From an uncultured bacterium (GTDB lineage Bacteria; Fidelibacterota; Marinisomatia; Marinisomatales; UBA1611), in NCBI GenBank assembly GCA_965660855.1, contig CBFIBM010000002.1, forward strand, positions 64,973-128,972: a DNA stretch of 64,000 nucleotides, read 5' to 3'. Below, piece after piece: positions 1-9,885 of the stretch. Under the pieces are notes generated by a model. The model ran no database searches, was not told the DNA's origin, and was given only the letters and a program-made list of their open reading frames with translations. The first letter of the stretch is position 1; each line of letters begins with the position of its first letter. A program made the position numbers and the translations under genes.

Positions 1-2
1 TA

Positions 3-728
3 CTTCGCAAGAGATATATTGATTTAGAGACATCTAATAAGCTTGGAGTAGGTTATTTTAAATTAGTTGGATCTATGGGTATATTTAACATAAAACTTGA
101 TTTTTTCTCAAGTTTAGGCTCATTAACATTTTGGAATTTTAATAAAGTAAAATTTCAAGGTAATGCAAATTTTTCAAAAAAATCATTTTCTAATGAAAGA
201 GATATATTTAAGATGATACCTAGTTTTAAGGTTACTTCTCAAAACCGTTTTTTTGCTGGAAAAGTTTGGGGGCATGCACCTAATCGGGAACTTTTTAGCA
301 TTCAGGGTAACGAAGAATATGATCTTCTAAAAAAAAGATATTTAATTGATGGACTTTATGGTAATTCAAATTTAGCTGGGCATTATTACATCCCTGGAGG
401 AGGAAATCTCAGAGGTTTTATTTTAAGCAATCAACCTAAGGTCAATGGATTATTTTCAATGACAAATGAAATAATTTTTTCTAGTATTTTGTCAGGTGTA
501 AATCTCATTCCAAAATTGAAGATGTTTATTGATAGCGGTTTTTTCTGGGAAAAACAATCAACCAATAATCCTTTCTTCCTTGCGGATGCAGGTATGGGAT
601 TATCTTTTAATTACTCTTTCATGGGAAAGGATTTCTATGTGTTGGTTGATTTTCCTTTAATTATTTTTAATAAAACTGTGGAGATAAATAAGGGAAACTG
701 GATTTTCAGTGTTCAGAGAAGTTTCTAG
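3..728 (+). CDS. C-terminal part of an outer-membrane beta-barrel (Omp85/BamA-like) domain protein; 5' end outside the window
   Basis: Frame is open from position 3 to the ORF-track ATG at 75. Contains GGGNLRGF (like the Omp85 VRGF/Y loop motif), ADAGMG strand and C-terminal WIFSVQRSF ending in Phe. Confidence 0.6.
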   Translation, partial: LRKRYIDLETSNKLGVGYFKLVGSMGIFNIKLDFFSSLGSLTFWNFNKVKFQGNANFSKKSFSNERDIFKMIPSFKVTSQNRFFAGKVWGHAPNRELFSIQGNEEYDLLKKRYLIDGLYGNSNLAGHYYIPGGGNLRGFILSNQPKVNGLFSMTNEIIFSSILSGVNLIPKLKMFIDSGFFWEKQSTNNPFFLADAGMGLSFNYSFMGKDFYVLVDFPLIIFNKTVEINKGNWIFSVQRSF

Positions 729-833
729 AAAATAGATTGAATTAAATTAAAGAGTGTTTAAATTATAATAGTTTTATTTATTACACTTTTCTACAGTAGT
801 AAAATTTATAGAATATCCAATTGGAGAATTATC

Positions 834-3800
834 GTGAAAAATAAATCATTTGTTTTATCAATTTTCATTTATTTGCTTACTTTTATCTTTTCTCAAGATG
901 CAGAACTTTGTGAGCCAAGAGCTCTTTCTGTTTTTGGTGGTGATCAAGAAAATATCATTTCTTGGAGTGAACCAGGTGGCAACATTGCTTGTGGAGATTA
1001 TTTAATTGATCAATTACCCTATACTCACGTAGGTAACAATTCGGGACAAGGAGACGATTGGCCCTTACCTTATGATGGTGATGATATTGCTTACACATTA
1101 AATGTAGATGAGATTTCTTCTTATAATATAACTCTTTGTAGTTTTACAACAGACTTTGATTCTTATTTAGAAATTTTTACTAATGACGAAAGTTGCCTTA
1201 GCCCTGTTTCTACTGGTAATGGAAATGATGACGATTACAATAATTGTCCTGATTACACTGCTCCTTATCCTCCAAGTGGTTTATGGGCTGTAACATTGCA
1301 ACCTGGAACGTATTATATTGTTGTTGGTGGCTTTTCCGGTGATGTAGGGAATTATGAAATTTCTGTTAGTTTAGCTGGAGGAAGAAATAATAGTATTGTG
1401 GACAATTCAGTTAAAAAAGATTGGGAAAATCAATATGCGAAACTGGTTGAGTTAGGTGTTAATCAGGAAACTATTGATAACTATTCCGAGATTATTCTAA
1501 ACTCACAAAGATATAGTCGAACAGAAAACTCTAGAGAAATTCCAGAAGAGTGTGGATCTTTTACAACATATAATATTTATAATGCATCAAATGATGCATT
1601 GATAGCTTCTACAACAAATCTTTCATATACACATTCCTCGTTGATTAATGGAACAGAATATTGTTACTATGTAAAAACAGAATATGTTGAGGGAGTATCA
1701 ATCGCAACGGAGATAATTTGTGGTACCCCTGCTTCATGGACTCCTTCTCCTCCTACAAACGTCTATGCTGAAGTTTGGGATGAAGAGGTATCATTATATT
1801 GGACTTCTCCTGAGATAACAAATTTGAGTGTACCTTATACTGAAAATTTTGACGAGGGTGGTTTATTAGATTTATGGTTGGTGGACGGTGGCGATAATTG
1901 GATTTATAATAATGCTTCTGGTAACCCGGCTCCAGCGATGTATTTTAGTTGGACACCATCTGTTCAAAATTATGATCAGAGTCTTTATTCACCGTCGGTT
2001 CCCCTTGGATCATTAACAGAAGCAACTATATCATTTGATTGGGAATTTAGTAATTATAATCCATCTGGGAATGAGTATTTTTCAATAGAATACAAAACAG
2101 GCTCCGATGCAGATTGGACAGTTCTTGAAGAATTTTCGAATTCAGGAGAAGGTTTTAATTTTACAAATTATTCCTATGATTTAACTACTCTTTCAAATAA
2201 CCTTCAAGTTCGTTTTCGATGTTATGGAGCAGATTCCTTTGATTTAAATTGGTACATGATTGATAATTTTTCAGTTACCTCTGATCAAAGAACAAGTAGA
2301 AATGAATATGATTTTTTAGGTTACAATGTTTATGTTGATGGGGTTTTAAATAACGAAGCAATTTTTGATACTCTTGGCTATACAGTCTATGAATTAAATA
2401 ATGAAATTGAGTATACTTTTGGGGTGACATCTGTTTATGAAGGTGCACCAGGAGAAAATAACTATGAGAGTGATCCAGTGAATGTAATGGGGCAACCTAT
2501 TTATGTTTATGGTGATGTTTCAGGTACTGTAATTGACCCCAATGGCGACGTTCTTGATAGTGTAGTAGTTTCATCTAATGGTATCAGTGACACAACTGAT
2601 ATTAACGGTAATTTTTATTTATGGAACTTAGATGTTGGCCTTAATTCTGTCCAAGTAAGAAGGTCTGGTTTTTCCACTACTACTGAAGATGTTGAGGTAC
2701 TAGCTCAAGCAGAACCAACAATACAAAACTTTACTCTCAGCCCAGATATGCCAAGCCCAGTTGCATTGAATTCCATACCGATGGATGAAGAAGTATTTCT
2801 AACCTGGCGTGAACCGGGTGGAGTAAGTTTGTATGATGTTGCATACTACGATGATTCTTTTGAAGGACAAATTGGTTGTGGAGGAACTTGTGGATTTGGT
2901 GTTCGATTTACACCTGCTAATTATCCTGCAACATTAACTGGATTAGTCCTTAGCTTTCAGGGCGGTGGAACTGCTGCGGGTGCATCTGTAGACATCTATT
3001 TAGATCCTAATGGTTTAGCTGGTGGTCCTGTAGGGGATCCAATTAACTTAGTTGTTTCATCAGATTTTAGTGCACCAGAGGCTCTTGTACAATTCCAAGT
3101 TGATGCTTCGGAAGCTGCCATTGAAGTTCTTAGTGGGGATATCTATGTAGTCGTAAACGAGAATAATTCAGGTTTTATGGGTATTTCTAACGATCTTGAG
3201 CCCCAAACTCCAGATTACTATAGTAGGAATTGGGTTACTCTAGGAGATGGTACTTGGTCTACTATTAATGATGTGGTTGCTGGTGATCCAACACTCACAG
3301 GTAATTTTGGGATTTTAGCACAATTTTTAGGTGCTCCAGGGATGTCATTTGCTCATTCTGCAATAAATAATCCAATTGCAATGGGTAATAATCAAGTTGG
3401 AATTATTTCTAATTACAATAATTTTAATAGTGAAGTTAGTAGGAATGATGTTTCAGAGATTATTCCAGCCTTAGACTCTCCTTACGAGCCTTTAAACCCT
3501 TCAATCTTCAATCTTAATAGAGATGATTTAATCGAATATCGTGTTTATGAAGTTGATCCTCAAGGAAATGAGACTTTTGTATTAGCTACTTCTGATACTT
3601 TTGCAACAGTTTCAGTAAGTCCAAATTATCAAGAATATTGTTTTAATATTTCTGCATTTTGGGGTACTGATAATTACGGTGATTTAGAGTCCAATCATTC
3701 AAATACATCATGTGCTGTTCCGTATAAATATGGTGATGCTGATTTTGATAGTGATACTGATATCACAGATGTTCTAGCAGTTGTTGATTTTATTCTTGAA

Positions 3801-4607
3801 GAAGATATTCCTTCTGAAGATGAGTTTAGGAACGTAGATGTAAATATGGATGATGAAATTGATATAGCAGATGTTATTATGATTGTTGATATTATCTTTG
3901 GATCGAATGCAAGAATGGTCAATACATCATATTCAACCGCTTATGTAGATTTAGTAACCAATTTATCTTCAGGAAGTCTATCGCTTGAGGTTGAAAATGC
4001 TGGAATAGTAAGAGGGATTGAATTTGAAATTAAATACGATGGTCAACTAGTTGATTTAATTACTCCTTCATTGAATAATTTTATGGAAGATGTCTTTATT
4101 TCTTCAAATTCAATACAAAATGGAAATATTAAAATAGTGGCTGCAAATTTAAATGGTGGCGAAATAGCTAGTAAGGATAATTCGTATATAACCATTCCAT
4201 TTAATTTTAAAGGAAATAAATATGATGCATCTCTAGTTGAAATTGAAGATGTTAAGTTGATTGGGATAGATGGTAGTAAAATTGATATTATTGTTAGAAC
4301 AAATAACTCTAAGATAAACTTTTTACCTACTGCTTATGCTCTTAAACAAAATTATCCAAATCCTTTTAACCCTACCACAGAAATTAGGTTTGATGTACCA
4401 GAAGCTGGATATGTTACATTAGCAGTTCATAATATGTTAGGTCAAAAAGTAAAAGTTTTAAAATCCGAAGAGCTTCAAGCTGGTTATCATATTGTCAATT
4501 GGGATGGTACTAATGATTTAGGAAGTTTAATGTCATCTGGAATGTACTTTTATTCTATTCAAGCTGCTGAATTCCAAGCAACTAAGAAAATGTTATTTCT
4601 AAAATAG
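834..4607 (+). CDS. Large secreted multidomain protein: FN3-like repeats, adhesin/MAM-like insert, carboxypeptidase-regulatory-like domain, dockerin, cohesin-like domain, T9SS type A sorting domain (FlgD-Ig)
   Basis: GTG start after GGAG; hydrophobic signal peptide; GDVSGTVID..NG..L (CarboxypepD_reg-like); duplicated Ca-binding GDADFDSDTDITD / DVNMDDEIDIAD; C-terminal LKQNYPNPFNPTTEIRF...WDGTN...SSGMYFY...TKKMLFLK. Confidence 0.85.
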   Translation: MKNKSFVLSIFIYLLTFIFSQDAELCEPRALSVFGGDQENIISWSEPGGNIACGDYLIDQLPYTHVGNNSGQGDDWPLPYDGDDIAYTLNVDEISSYNITLCSFTTDFDSYLEIFTNDESCLSPVSTGNGNDDDYNNCPDYTAPYPPSGLWAVTLQPGTYYIVVGGFSGDVGNYEISVSLAGGRNNSIVDNSVKKDWENQYAKLVELGVNQETIDNYSEIILNSQRYSRTENSREIPEECGSFTTYNIYNASNDALIASTTNLSYTHSSLINGTEYCYYVKTEYVEGVSIATEIICGTPASWTPSPPTNVYAEVWDEEVSLYWTSPEITNLSVPYTENFDEGGLLDLWLVDGGDNWIYNNASGNPAPAMYFSWTPSVQNYDQSLYSPSVPLGSLTEATISFDWEFSNYNPSGNEYFSIEYKTGSDADWTVLEEFSNSGEGFNFTNYSYDLTTLSNNLQVRFRCYGADSFDLNWYMIDNFSVTSDQRTSRNEYDFLGYNVYVDGVLNNEAIFDTLGYTVYELNNEIEYTFGVTSVYEGAPGENNYESDPVNVMGQPIYVYGDVSGTVIDPNGDVLDSVVVSSNGISDTTDINGNFYLWNLDVGLNSVQVRRSGFSTTTEDVEVLAQAEPTIQNFTLSPDMPSPVALNSIPMDEEVFLTWREPGGVSLYDVAYYDDSFEGQIGCGGTCGFGVRFTPANYPATLTGLVLSFQGGGTAAGASVDIYLDPNGLAGGPVGDPINLVVSSDFSAPEALVQFQVDASEAAIEVLSGDIYVVVNENNSGFMGISNDLEPQTPDYYSRNWVTLGDGTWSTINDVVAGDPTLTGNFGILAQFLGAPGMSFAHSAINNPIAMGNNQVGIISNYNNFNSEVSRNDVSEIIPALDSPYEPLNPSIFNLNRDDLIEYRVYEVDPQGNETFVLATSDTFATVSVSPNYQEYCFNISAFWGTDNYGDLESNHSNTSCAVPYKYGDADFDSDTDITDVLAVVDFILEEDIPSEDEFRNVDVNMDDEIDIADVIMIVDIIFGSNARMVNTSYSTAYVDLVTNLSSGSLSLEVENAGIVRGIEFEIKYDGQLVDLITPSLNNFMEDVFISSNSIQNGNIKIVAANLNGGEIASKDNSYITIPFNFKGNKYDASLVEIEDVKLIGIDGSKIDIIVRTNNSKINFLPTAYALKQNYPNPFNPTTEIRFDVPEAGYVTLAVHNMLGQKVKVLKSEELQAGYHIVNWDGTNDLGSLMSSGMYFYSIQAAEFQATKKMLFLK

Positions 4608-4624
4608 ATTTAGTTAAGTTGTTT

Positions 4625-4661
4625 AAAAAAAGCCTCGTTTTGATTTCGAGGCTTTTTTTTT
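4625..4661 (+). terminator. Intrinsic terminator, possibly bidirectional
   Basis: A7-GCCTCG / CGAGGC-T9 hairpin just after the 4607 stop. Confidence 0.85.
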
Positions 4662-4710
4662 GGAACTTCTGAAGCAAAATAGTCTTTAATTAAAAAATGG
4701 AATTTTTATA

Positions 4711-6090
4711 ATGAAGTTTGTTTATTTATTTATTTTATCAATCCAATTAATCAATGCTCAAAATTCAGTAGTAAGACAATTTAGCAAAGCTTTTGCAGAT
4801 GTTGCTGAAAAAGCTAAACCTGCAGTGGTCACAATAATTACTGATAAAACTGTTTCTCTCAGTCAATATGAAGATTTTGGTTTTTTCTTTTACCAACCAG
4901 GCCAACCTAGACAAAGAGAATTTAAGACAAATGCGATTGGATCTGGTGTTATAATTGATTCAAAAGAAGGATATATATTAACAAACAATCACGTTGTTGA
5001 AGAAATGGATGGGATAAAGGTTAAATTGATTGATAAAAGAGAATATGAAGCCACTATAATTGGGACAGATCCTAAAACAGACCTTGCTGTTTTAAAGATT
5101 GAAGCAGAAAATCTTGTGGATATTACTTTAGCTAATTCTAATCAGGCCAGGGTTGGTGAGTGGGTGATGGCTGTGGGTAGCCCTTTTTCGGAGAACTTAA
5201 GTCATACAGTTACAACAGGCATTATTTCGGCTCTTGGTAGAAGTAATATTATGAATTCCCAAAGCTATGAAGATTTTATCCAAACAGATGCAGCGATAAA
5301 CCCAGGGAATAGTGGTGGAGCTCTTCTAAGTATGGATGGAAAATTATTAGGAATAAATACCGCTATTGCAACTGGTGGATATGAAAAATCAAATAGAGGT
5401 GTAGGTTTCGCAATTCCGTCGAATATGGTGAAACGGATTATGTCTGATCTAATTGATAAAGGTTTTGTTACAAGAGCATGGCTTGGAGTTTTTATTCAAG
5501 AACTTGATAGCGAAACAGCTAAAGGTCTGAATATAAAAACAAGAAATGGTGCTCTAATCACTGATGTAGTAGATGGAGGTCCTGCTGAAGAAGGTGGAAT
5601 CCAAGAGGGAGATGTAATAATTGCGTTTAATGATCAGTTGATATCTAACCCTTCTAATCTTAAAAATGTTGTTTCTTTAACTCCACCTAGCTCTAAAAAT
5701 CGTGTAAAAGTTATAAGAAACGGATCTAAAAAAACTGTTGAAGTGGTATTGGCGGAACTTCCCGAAGAAGTACAAAATTTTCCCAGTAAACGAAACCGAG
5801 TAAGATCTAATGAATTCGGTTTGCAATTAAAAGAGGTTAATAATAGGCTTAAAGAAAAATATAATATTGAAGAATCAGATGTTTTAGTCGTTACAAAAGT
5901 GGATGAAGAGGGCGAAGCTTTCTCAAAAGGCATCAGGGAAGGTGATGTCATTAAACGAGTTGGTACAGAACAAGTTAAAACTGTGAAACAATTTAAAAGA
6001 CTTATTGATAATTCAAGAGATAGAGGTTCATTGTTATTACTTGTAAAAAAACCTAATGGTGGTTCTAAATTTTATACTCTCAGGTATTAA
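4711..6090 (+). CDS. degP: Do/DegP (HtrA) family serine endoprotease with two PDZ domains
   Basis: TNNHVV, DLAVL, QTDAAINPGNSGG catalytic triad motifs; two C-terminal PDZ-like domains. Confidence 0.92.
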   Translation: MKFVYLFILSIQLINAQNSVVRQFSKAFADVAEKAKPAVVTIITDKTVSLSQYEDFGFFFYQPGQPRQREFKTNAIGSGVIIDSKEGYILTNNHVVEEMDGIKVKLIDKREYEATIIGTDPKTDLAVLKIEAENLVDITLANSNQARVGEWVMAVGSPFSENLSHTVTTGIISALGRSNIMNSQSYEDFIQTDAAINPGNSGGALLSMDGKLLGINTAIATGGYEKSNRGVGFAIPSNMVKRIMSDLIDKGFVTRAWLGVFIQELDSETAKGLNIKTRNGALITDVVDGGPAEEGGIQEGDVIIAFNDQLISNPSNLKNVVSLTPPSSKNRVKVIRNGSKKTVEVVLAELPEEVQNFPSKRNRVRSNEFGLQLKEVNNRLKEKYNIEESDVLVVTKVDEEGEAFSKGIREGDVIKRVGTEQVKTVKQFKRLIDNSRDRGSLLLLVKKPNGGSKFYTLRY

Positions 6091-6181
6091 ACCTATATTT
6101 ATTATTTATTAAAAGACATCTACCAATAGAAATTAAAAAAAGATAATTTCAAGCAATTAATTATTGAGTTGAAATTAAAAA

Positions 6182-9100
6182 ATGAGTATAAAGAAAGTTG
6201 ATAATAAAGTTGACTTCATTTCCGAAGAACATAAAGTTTTAAAATTTTGGAAAGAAAATAATACTTTTGATAAAAGAAGAAAGCTAAATATTGGTAAACC
6301 AAAATGGAGTTTTATTGATGGGCCAATTACAGCCAATAATCCAATGGGTGTGCATCATGCTTGGGGTAGATCATTAAAAGATATATATAATCGATACAAA
6401 GCAATGAAGGGTTTTGATCTTCGTTACCAAAATGGTTTTGACTGCCAGGGCCTCTGGGTTGAAATAGAGGTTGAAAAAGAACTCGGTTTTAAATCAAAAA
6501 AAGATGTTGAAGATTTTGGCATAGAAAAATTTGTAAATCTGTGTAAGGAGAGGGTAAAAAAATATTCTAAAATTCAGACAGAGCAATCAAAAAGGCTTGG
6601 GTATTGGATGGATTGGGACAACTCTTACTACACCATGTCTGATGAAAATAACTACACGATTTGGTCATTCTTAAAAAAACTTTGGAAAAAAGGGAAAATT
6701 TATAAAGGTACTGATGTAGTTCCTTGGAGTGGGAGATCTGGAACATCCTACTCGCAAATGGAAATCATTGAAGGACGTAAATTAGTAGCTCATACATCAG
6801 TTTTTGTGCGGTTTCCAATAAAGGGCAAAAAGAAAGAATATTTATTAATATGGACTACTACACCATGGACTTTATCTTCCAATGTAGTCGCAGGTGTAAA
6901 TATTAATCTTGATTACATTAAGATTAAAACACATGATGGATCTATTTACTATTTTGCAGAAGAAAATTTAGAATTTAAAAGACTAGAAAAACAATTTCAG
7001 GATAAAAAGCAGTGGGTCGAAGGAGTTCCAAAATTAAAAACTCTCCACCAAATTTTTAATGAAAGAGGTGGTTATGAAAAATGTGGAACCCTCAAAGGTT
7101 CTGAAATGGTTGGTTGGCAATATACAGCCCCTTATGATGATTTTGATGCTCAAAAAGAGTTAGGTGGATATCCTATTTGTAATGATGATTTAAAAAAAGA
7201 AGGTCTTTCTGCCTCCACATCTCATAGAGTAATAAATCCGGGTAAAGATAGTATAGGCGGTGATATAGTAGTTGCTGGCGAAGGAACGGGTATTGTCCAT
7301 ATGGCTCCAGGTTGTGGAGATATAGATCATAAAATTGGTAAAAAATTAAATCTATTAAATATTGCTCCTCTTGATGATGAATCCAGATTCTTAAATAAGT
7401 TCGGCTGGTTATCTGGAAAAATCGCTACTAGTAAAGAAACCACAAAAGAAATTATTAATGATTTAAAAGAGAGAGATTTTCTGGTATATGCTGAAGAATA
7501 TCCACATGTGTATCCTCATTGCTGGAGATCTGGTGATGAATTAGTATTCCGTTTAGTTGATGAGTGGTATATAAATATGGACTGGAGAGGAAAAATTAAG
7601 TCAATTGTTGATGATATTAATTGGATACCCGAATGGGGAAATGAGAGAGAGCATGAATGGTTAGATAACATGGGTGATTGGATGATCTCAAAGAAAAGAT
7701 TTTGGGGATTAGCTCTTCCAATTTGGGTTTTTGAAGATGGATCCTTCTATGTTGTAGGTTCTAAGGATGAACTTAAAAGTTTATGCGTAGATGGCTGGGA
7801 TGATTTTCAGGGTAATTCTCCACATAGACCATGGATTGATAAAATTAAGATTAGACATCCAAAAACTGGATTGATCGGACAAAGAATCAAAGATGTAGGA
7901 AATCCATGGCTTGATGCAGGGATAGTACCTTTTTCAACGTTGAAATATAGTACAGATAAAAACTATTGGGCAGATTGGTTCCCAGGTGATTTTGTTACAG
8001 AATGTTTTCCTGGACAATTTAGGAATTGGTTTTATTCTTTATTAGCAATGTCCGCAGAGCTTGAGGGGAAAGCACCCTTTAAAACACTGCTTGGGCATGC
8101 TTTGGTTAAGGATGAAACTGGTCGAGATATGCACAAGAGCTGGGGGAATGCAATTTGGTTTGATGATGCAGCTGAAAAAATGGGTGTTGATGTTATGCGT
8201 TGGATGTATTCAATCCAAAATGTTGAACAAAATCTACTTTTTGGATATACCATTGCAGATGAAGTAAGAAAAAAAATGATTACACTATGGAACGTTTATT
8301 CATTTTATGCAACATATGCATCTGTTGATGGTTTTTCTCCAGAGGAAAATATTCTTAAAATAGATTCATTATCTTTACTTGATCGCTGGATTATATCAAA
8401 AACTCATTTATTACTAGAAAATTCTCAAGAATCATTTGATGAATATAGAGTTGATCGTTTTATGAAAGCCTTTGAAATATACCTTGAAGAGTTATCAAAT
8501 TGGTATATTAGAAGAAGTAGAAGGCGGTTCTGGAAATCAGAGGATGATGAGGACAAGAAAAATGCATATATAACTCTATACCACGTTTTGTCAGTTAGTA
8601 TTAAATGTGTTGCACCGATTTTACCGTTTATAACTGAAACTATTTATCAAAATCTGATTAAAAATTCAGAAAATTCTGTACCTGAAAGTATTCATTTATG
8701 TGACTTCCCTCAACCAAATAGTAGCTATATTGATCATCAGCTCATGAAAAATGTTGATTCATTAAAAAAATGTGTTGAGTTAGGAAGATCTGCTAGAAGT
8801 CAAAATAATATAAAAATAAGACAACCATTAGGAAAGGTGCTTTTTGCGATTGAAGATAATGATATTGCGGAATTTTTTAACCAAAATAAAGAAATCATTC
8901 TTGATGAATTGAACGTCAAATCGATTAACAGAATTACTGAAAAAGATGACCTAATTAAATACAAAGTTAAACCAAATTTGAGAACTTTAGGCCAGAGGTA
9001 TGGGAAAGGTCTATCAGAAATAAAAATAATATTAAATGAAACAGATCCAAGTTTATTAGTTTCTTCTTTACATAATAATAATGAGATTGATTTAGGGAAA

Positions 9101-9478
9101 GGTAAATATATTTTGACGAGACAAGATATATTTATTGAAACAGAAGCTAATTCAGGATTTGCTGCTGCAAGTGATAGTGGTATTACAGTAGGTCTTCAAA
9201 TTGAGTTAACAGAGGATTTAATTCTTGAGGGCAAGGTAAGAGATATTGTTCGTAAAGTACAATCCATGAGGAAAAATGCAGGATTTGCGGTAGAGGATAG
9301 AATAAAAGTTAGTTGGGATTTTGATGGCCAAATGTTAGATGCTGTAACTAAATTCAAAGACTATTTTTTAACTGAAACACTTACTAGAGTAGTGTCGAAA
9401 AATCTGTCTGATGCTAACTACAGTGAAGAGTATGAAGTAGATAATAATATATACTTATTGAAAATTAAAAAGGTATAA
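6182..9478 (+). CDS. ileS: Isoleucine--tRNA ligase, type 2
   Basis: DGPITAN, GFDCQGL, WTTTPWTL editing motif, GTGIVHMAP, YPHCWR, long type-2 C-terminus; adjacent to lspA. Confidence 0.95.
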   Translation: MSIKKVDNKVDFISEEHKVLKFWKENNTFDKRRKLNIGKPKWSFIDGPITANNPMGVHHAWGRSLKDIYNRYKAMKGFDLRYQNGFDCQGLWVEIEVEKELGFKSKKDVEDFGIEKFVNLCKERVKKYSKIQTEQSKRLGYWMDWDNSYYTMSDENNYTIWSFLKKLWKKGKIYKGTDVVPWSGRSGTSYSQMEIIEGRKLVAHTSVFVRFPIKGKKKEYLLIWTTTPWTLSSNVVAGVNINLDYIKIKTHDGSIYYFAEENLEFKRLEKQFQDKKQWVEGVPKLKTLHQIFNERGGYEKCGTLKGSEMVGWQYTAPYDDFDAQKELGGYPICNDDLKKEGLSASTSHRVINPGKDSIGGDIVVAGEGTGIVHMAPGCGDIDHKIGKKLNLLNIAPLDDESRFLNKFGWLSGKIATSKETTKEIINDLKERDFLVYAEEYPHVYPHCWRSGDELVFRLVDEWYINMDWRGKIKSIVDDINWIPEWGNEREHEWLDNMGDWMISKKRFWGLALPIWVFEDGSFYVVGSKDELKSLCVDGWDDFQGNSPHRPWIDKIKIRHPKTGLIGQRIKDVGNPWLDAGIVPFSTLKYSTDKNYWADWFPGDFVTECFPGQFRNWFYSLLAMSAELEGKAPFKTLLGHALVKDETGRDMHKSWGNAIWFDDAAEKMGVDVMRWMYSIQNVEQNLLFGYTIADEVRKKMITLWNVYSFYATYASVDGFSPEENILKIDSLSLLDRWIISKTHLLLENSQESFDEYRVDRFMKAFEIYLEELSNWYIRRSRRRFWKSEDDEDKKNAYITLYHVLSVSIKCVAPILPFITETIYQNLIKNSENSVPESIHLCDFPQPNSSYIDHQLMKNVDSLKKCVELGRSARSQNNIKIRQPLGKVLFAIEDNDIAEFFNQNKEIILDELNVKSINRITEKDDLIKYKVKPNLRTLGQRYGKGLSEIKIILNETDPSLLVSSLHNNNEIDLGKGKYILTRQDIFIETEANSGFAAASDSGITVGLQIELTEDLILEGKVRDIVRKVQSMRKNAGFAVEDRIKVSWDFDGQMLDAVTKFKDYFLTETLTRVVSKNLSDANYSEEYEVDNNIYLLKIKKV

Positions 9479-9491
9479 GGAGAATCTTAAA

Positions 9492-9884
9492 ATGGCTTCA
9501 AAAAAATACTCAAAAACTAAATTAGAATTTTTTAGAAAAAGTATTGAAAAAAAAATTAATAATGTTGCTAATGAATTAGACGATATAAAAGATACATTAG
9601 ATACCAATACCAGAGGGACTGCAAGTCTTTCTCAGGACTCTGTTTATAGCGTTCATATGGCAGATGCTGGCACTGATTCTTTTGAAAGAGAAAAAGGTTT
9701 TCACTTTATGAATAGAGAAACTGATTATCATAAATTACTAGTCAAAGCATTACAAAGAATAGAAGATGGTACTTTTGGTGTTTGTAAGATTTGTAATGAA
9801 CTGATTGTTGAAGAAAGAATGTTAGAAGTTCCAAATGCTACAAAATGTGTTAAGTGTAAGGAAAATGAAAAGCTAAATATTTAA
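9492..9884 (+). CDS. dksA: TraR/DksA family C4 zinc-finger transcription factor
   Basis: Coiled coil with HMADAGTD tip, ALQRIEDGTFGVCKIC...VPNATKCVKC; AAGGAG RBS. Confidence 0.85.
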   Translation: MASKKYSKTKLEFFRKSIEKKINNVANELDDIKDTLDTNTRGTASLSQDSVYSVHMADAGTDSFEREKGFHFMNRETDYHKLLVKALQRIEDGTFGVCKICNELIVEERMLEVPNATKCVKCKENEKLNI

Positions 9885-9885
9885 T

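Noticed and set aside
729..833. Sigma70 promoter (TTGAAT...TATAAT) before the large secreted protein
   Set aside because: Spacing about 21 nt is non-canonical and such hexamers are frequent by chance in AT-rich DNA
6091..6181. T-box leader before ileS
   Set aside because: Spacer is only about 90 nt, AT-rich, without T-box motif or stem I
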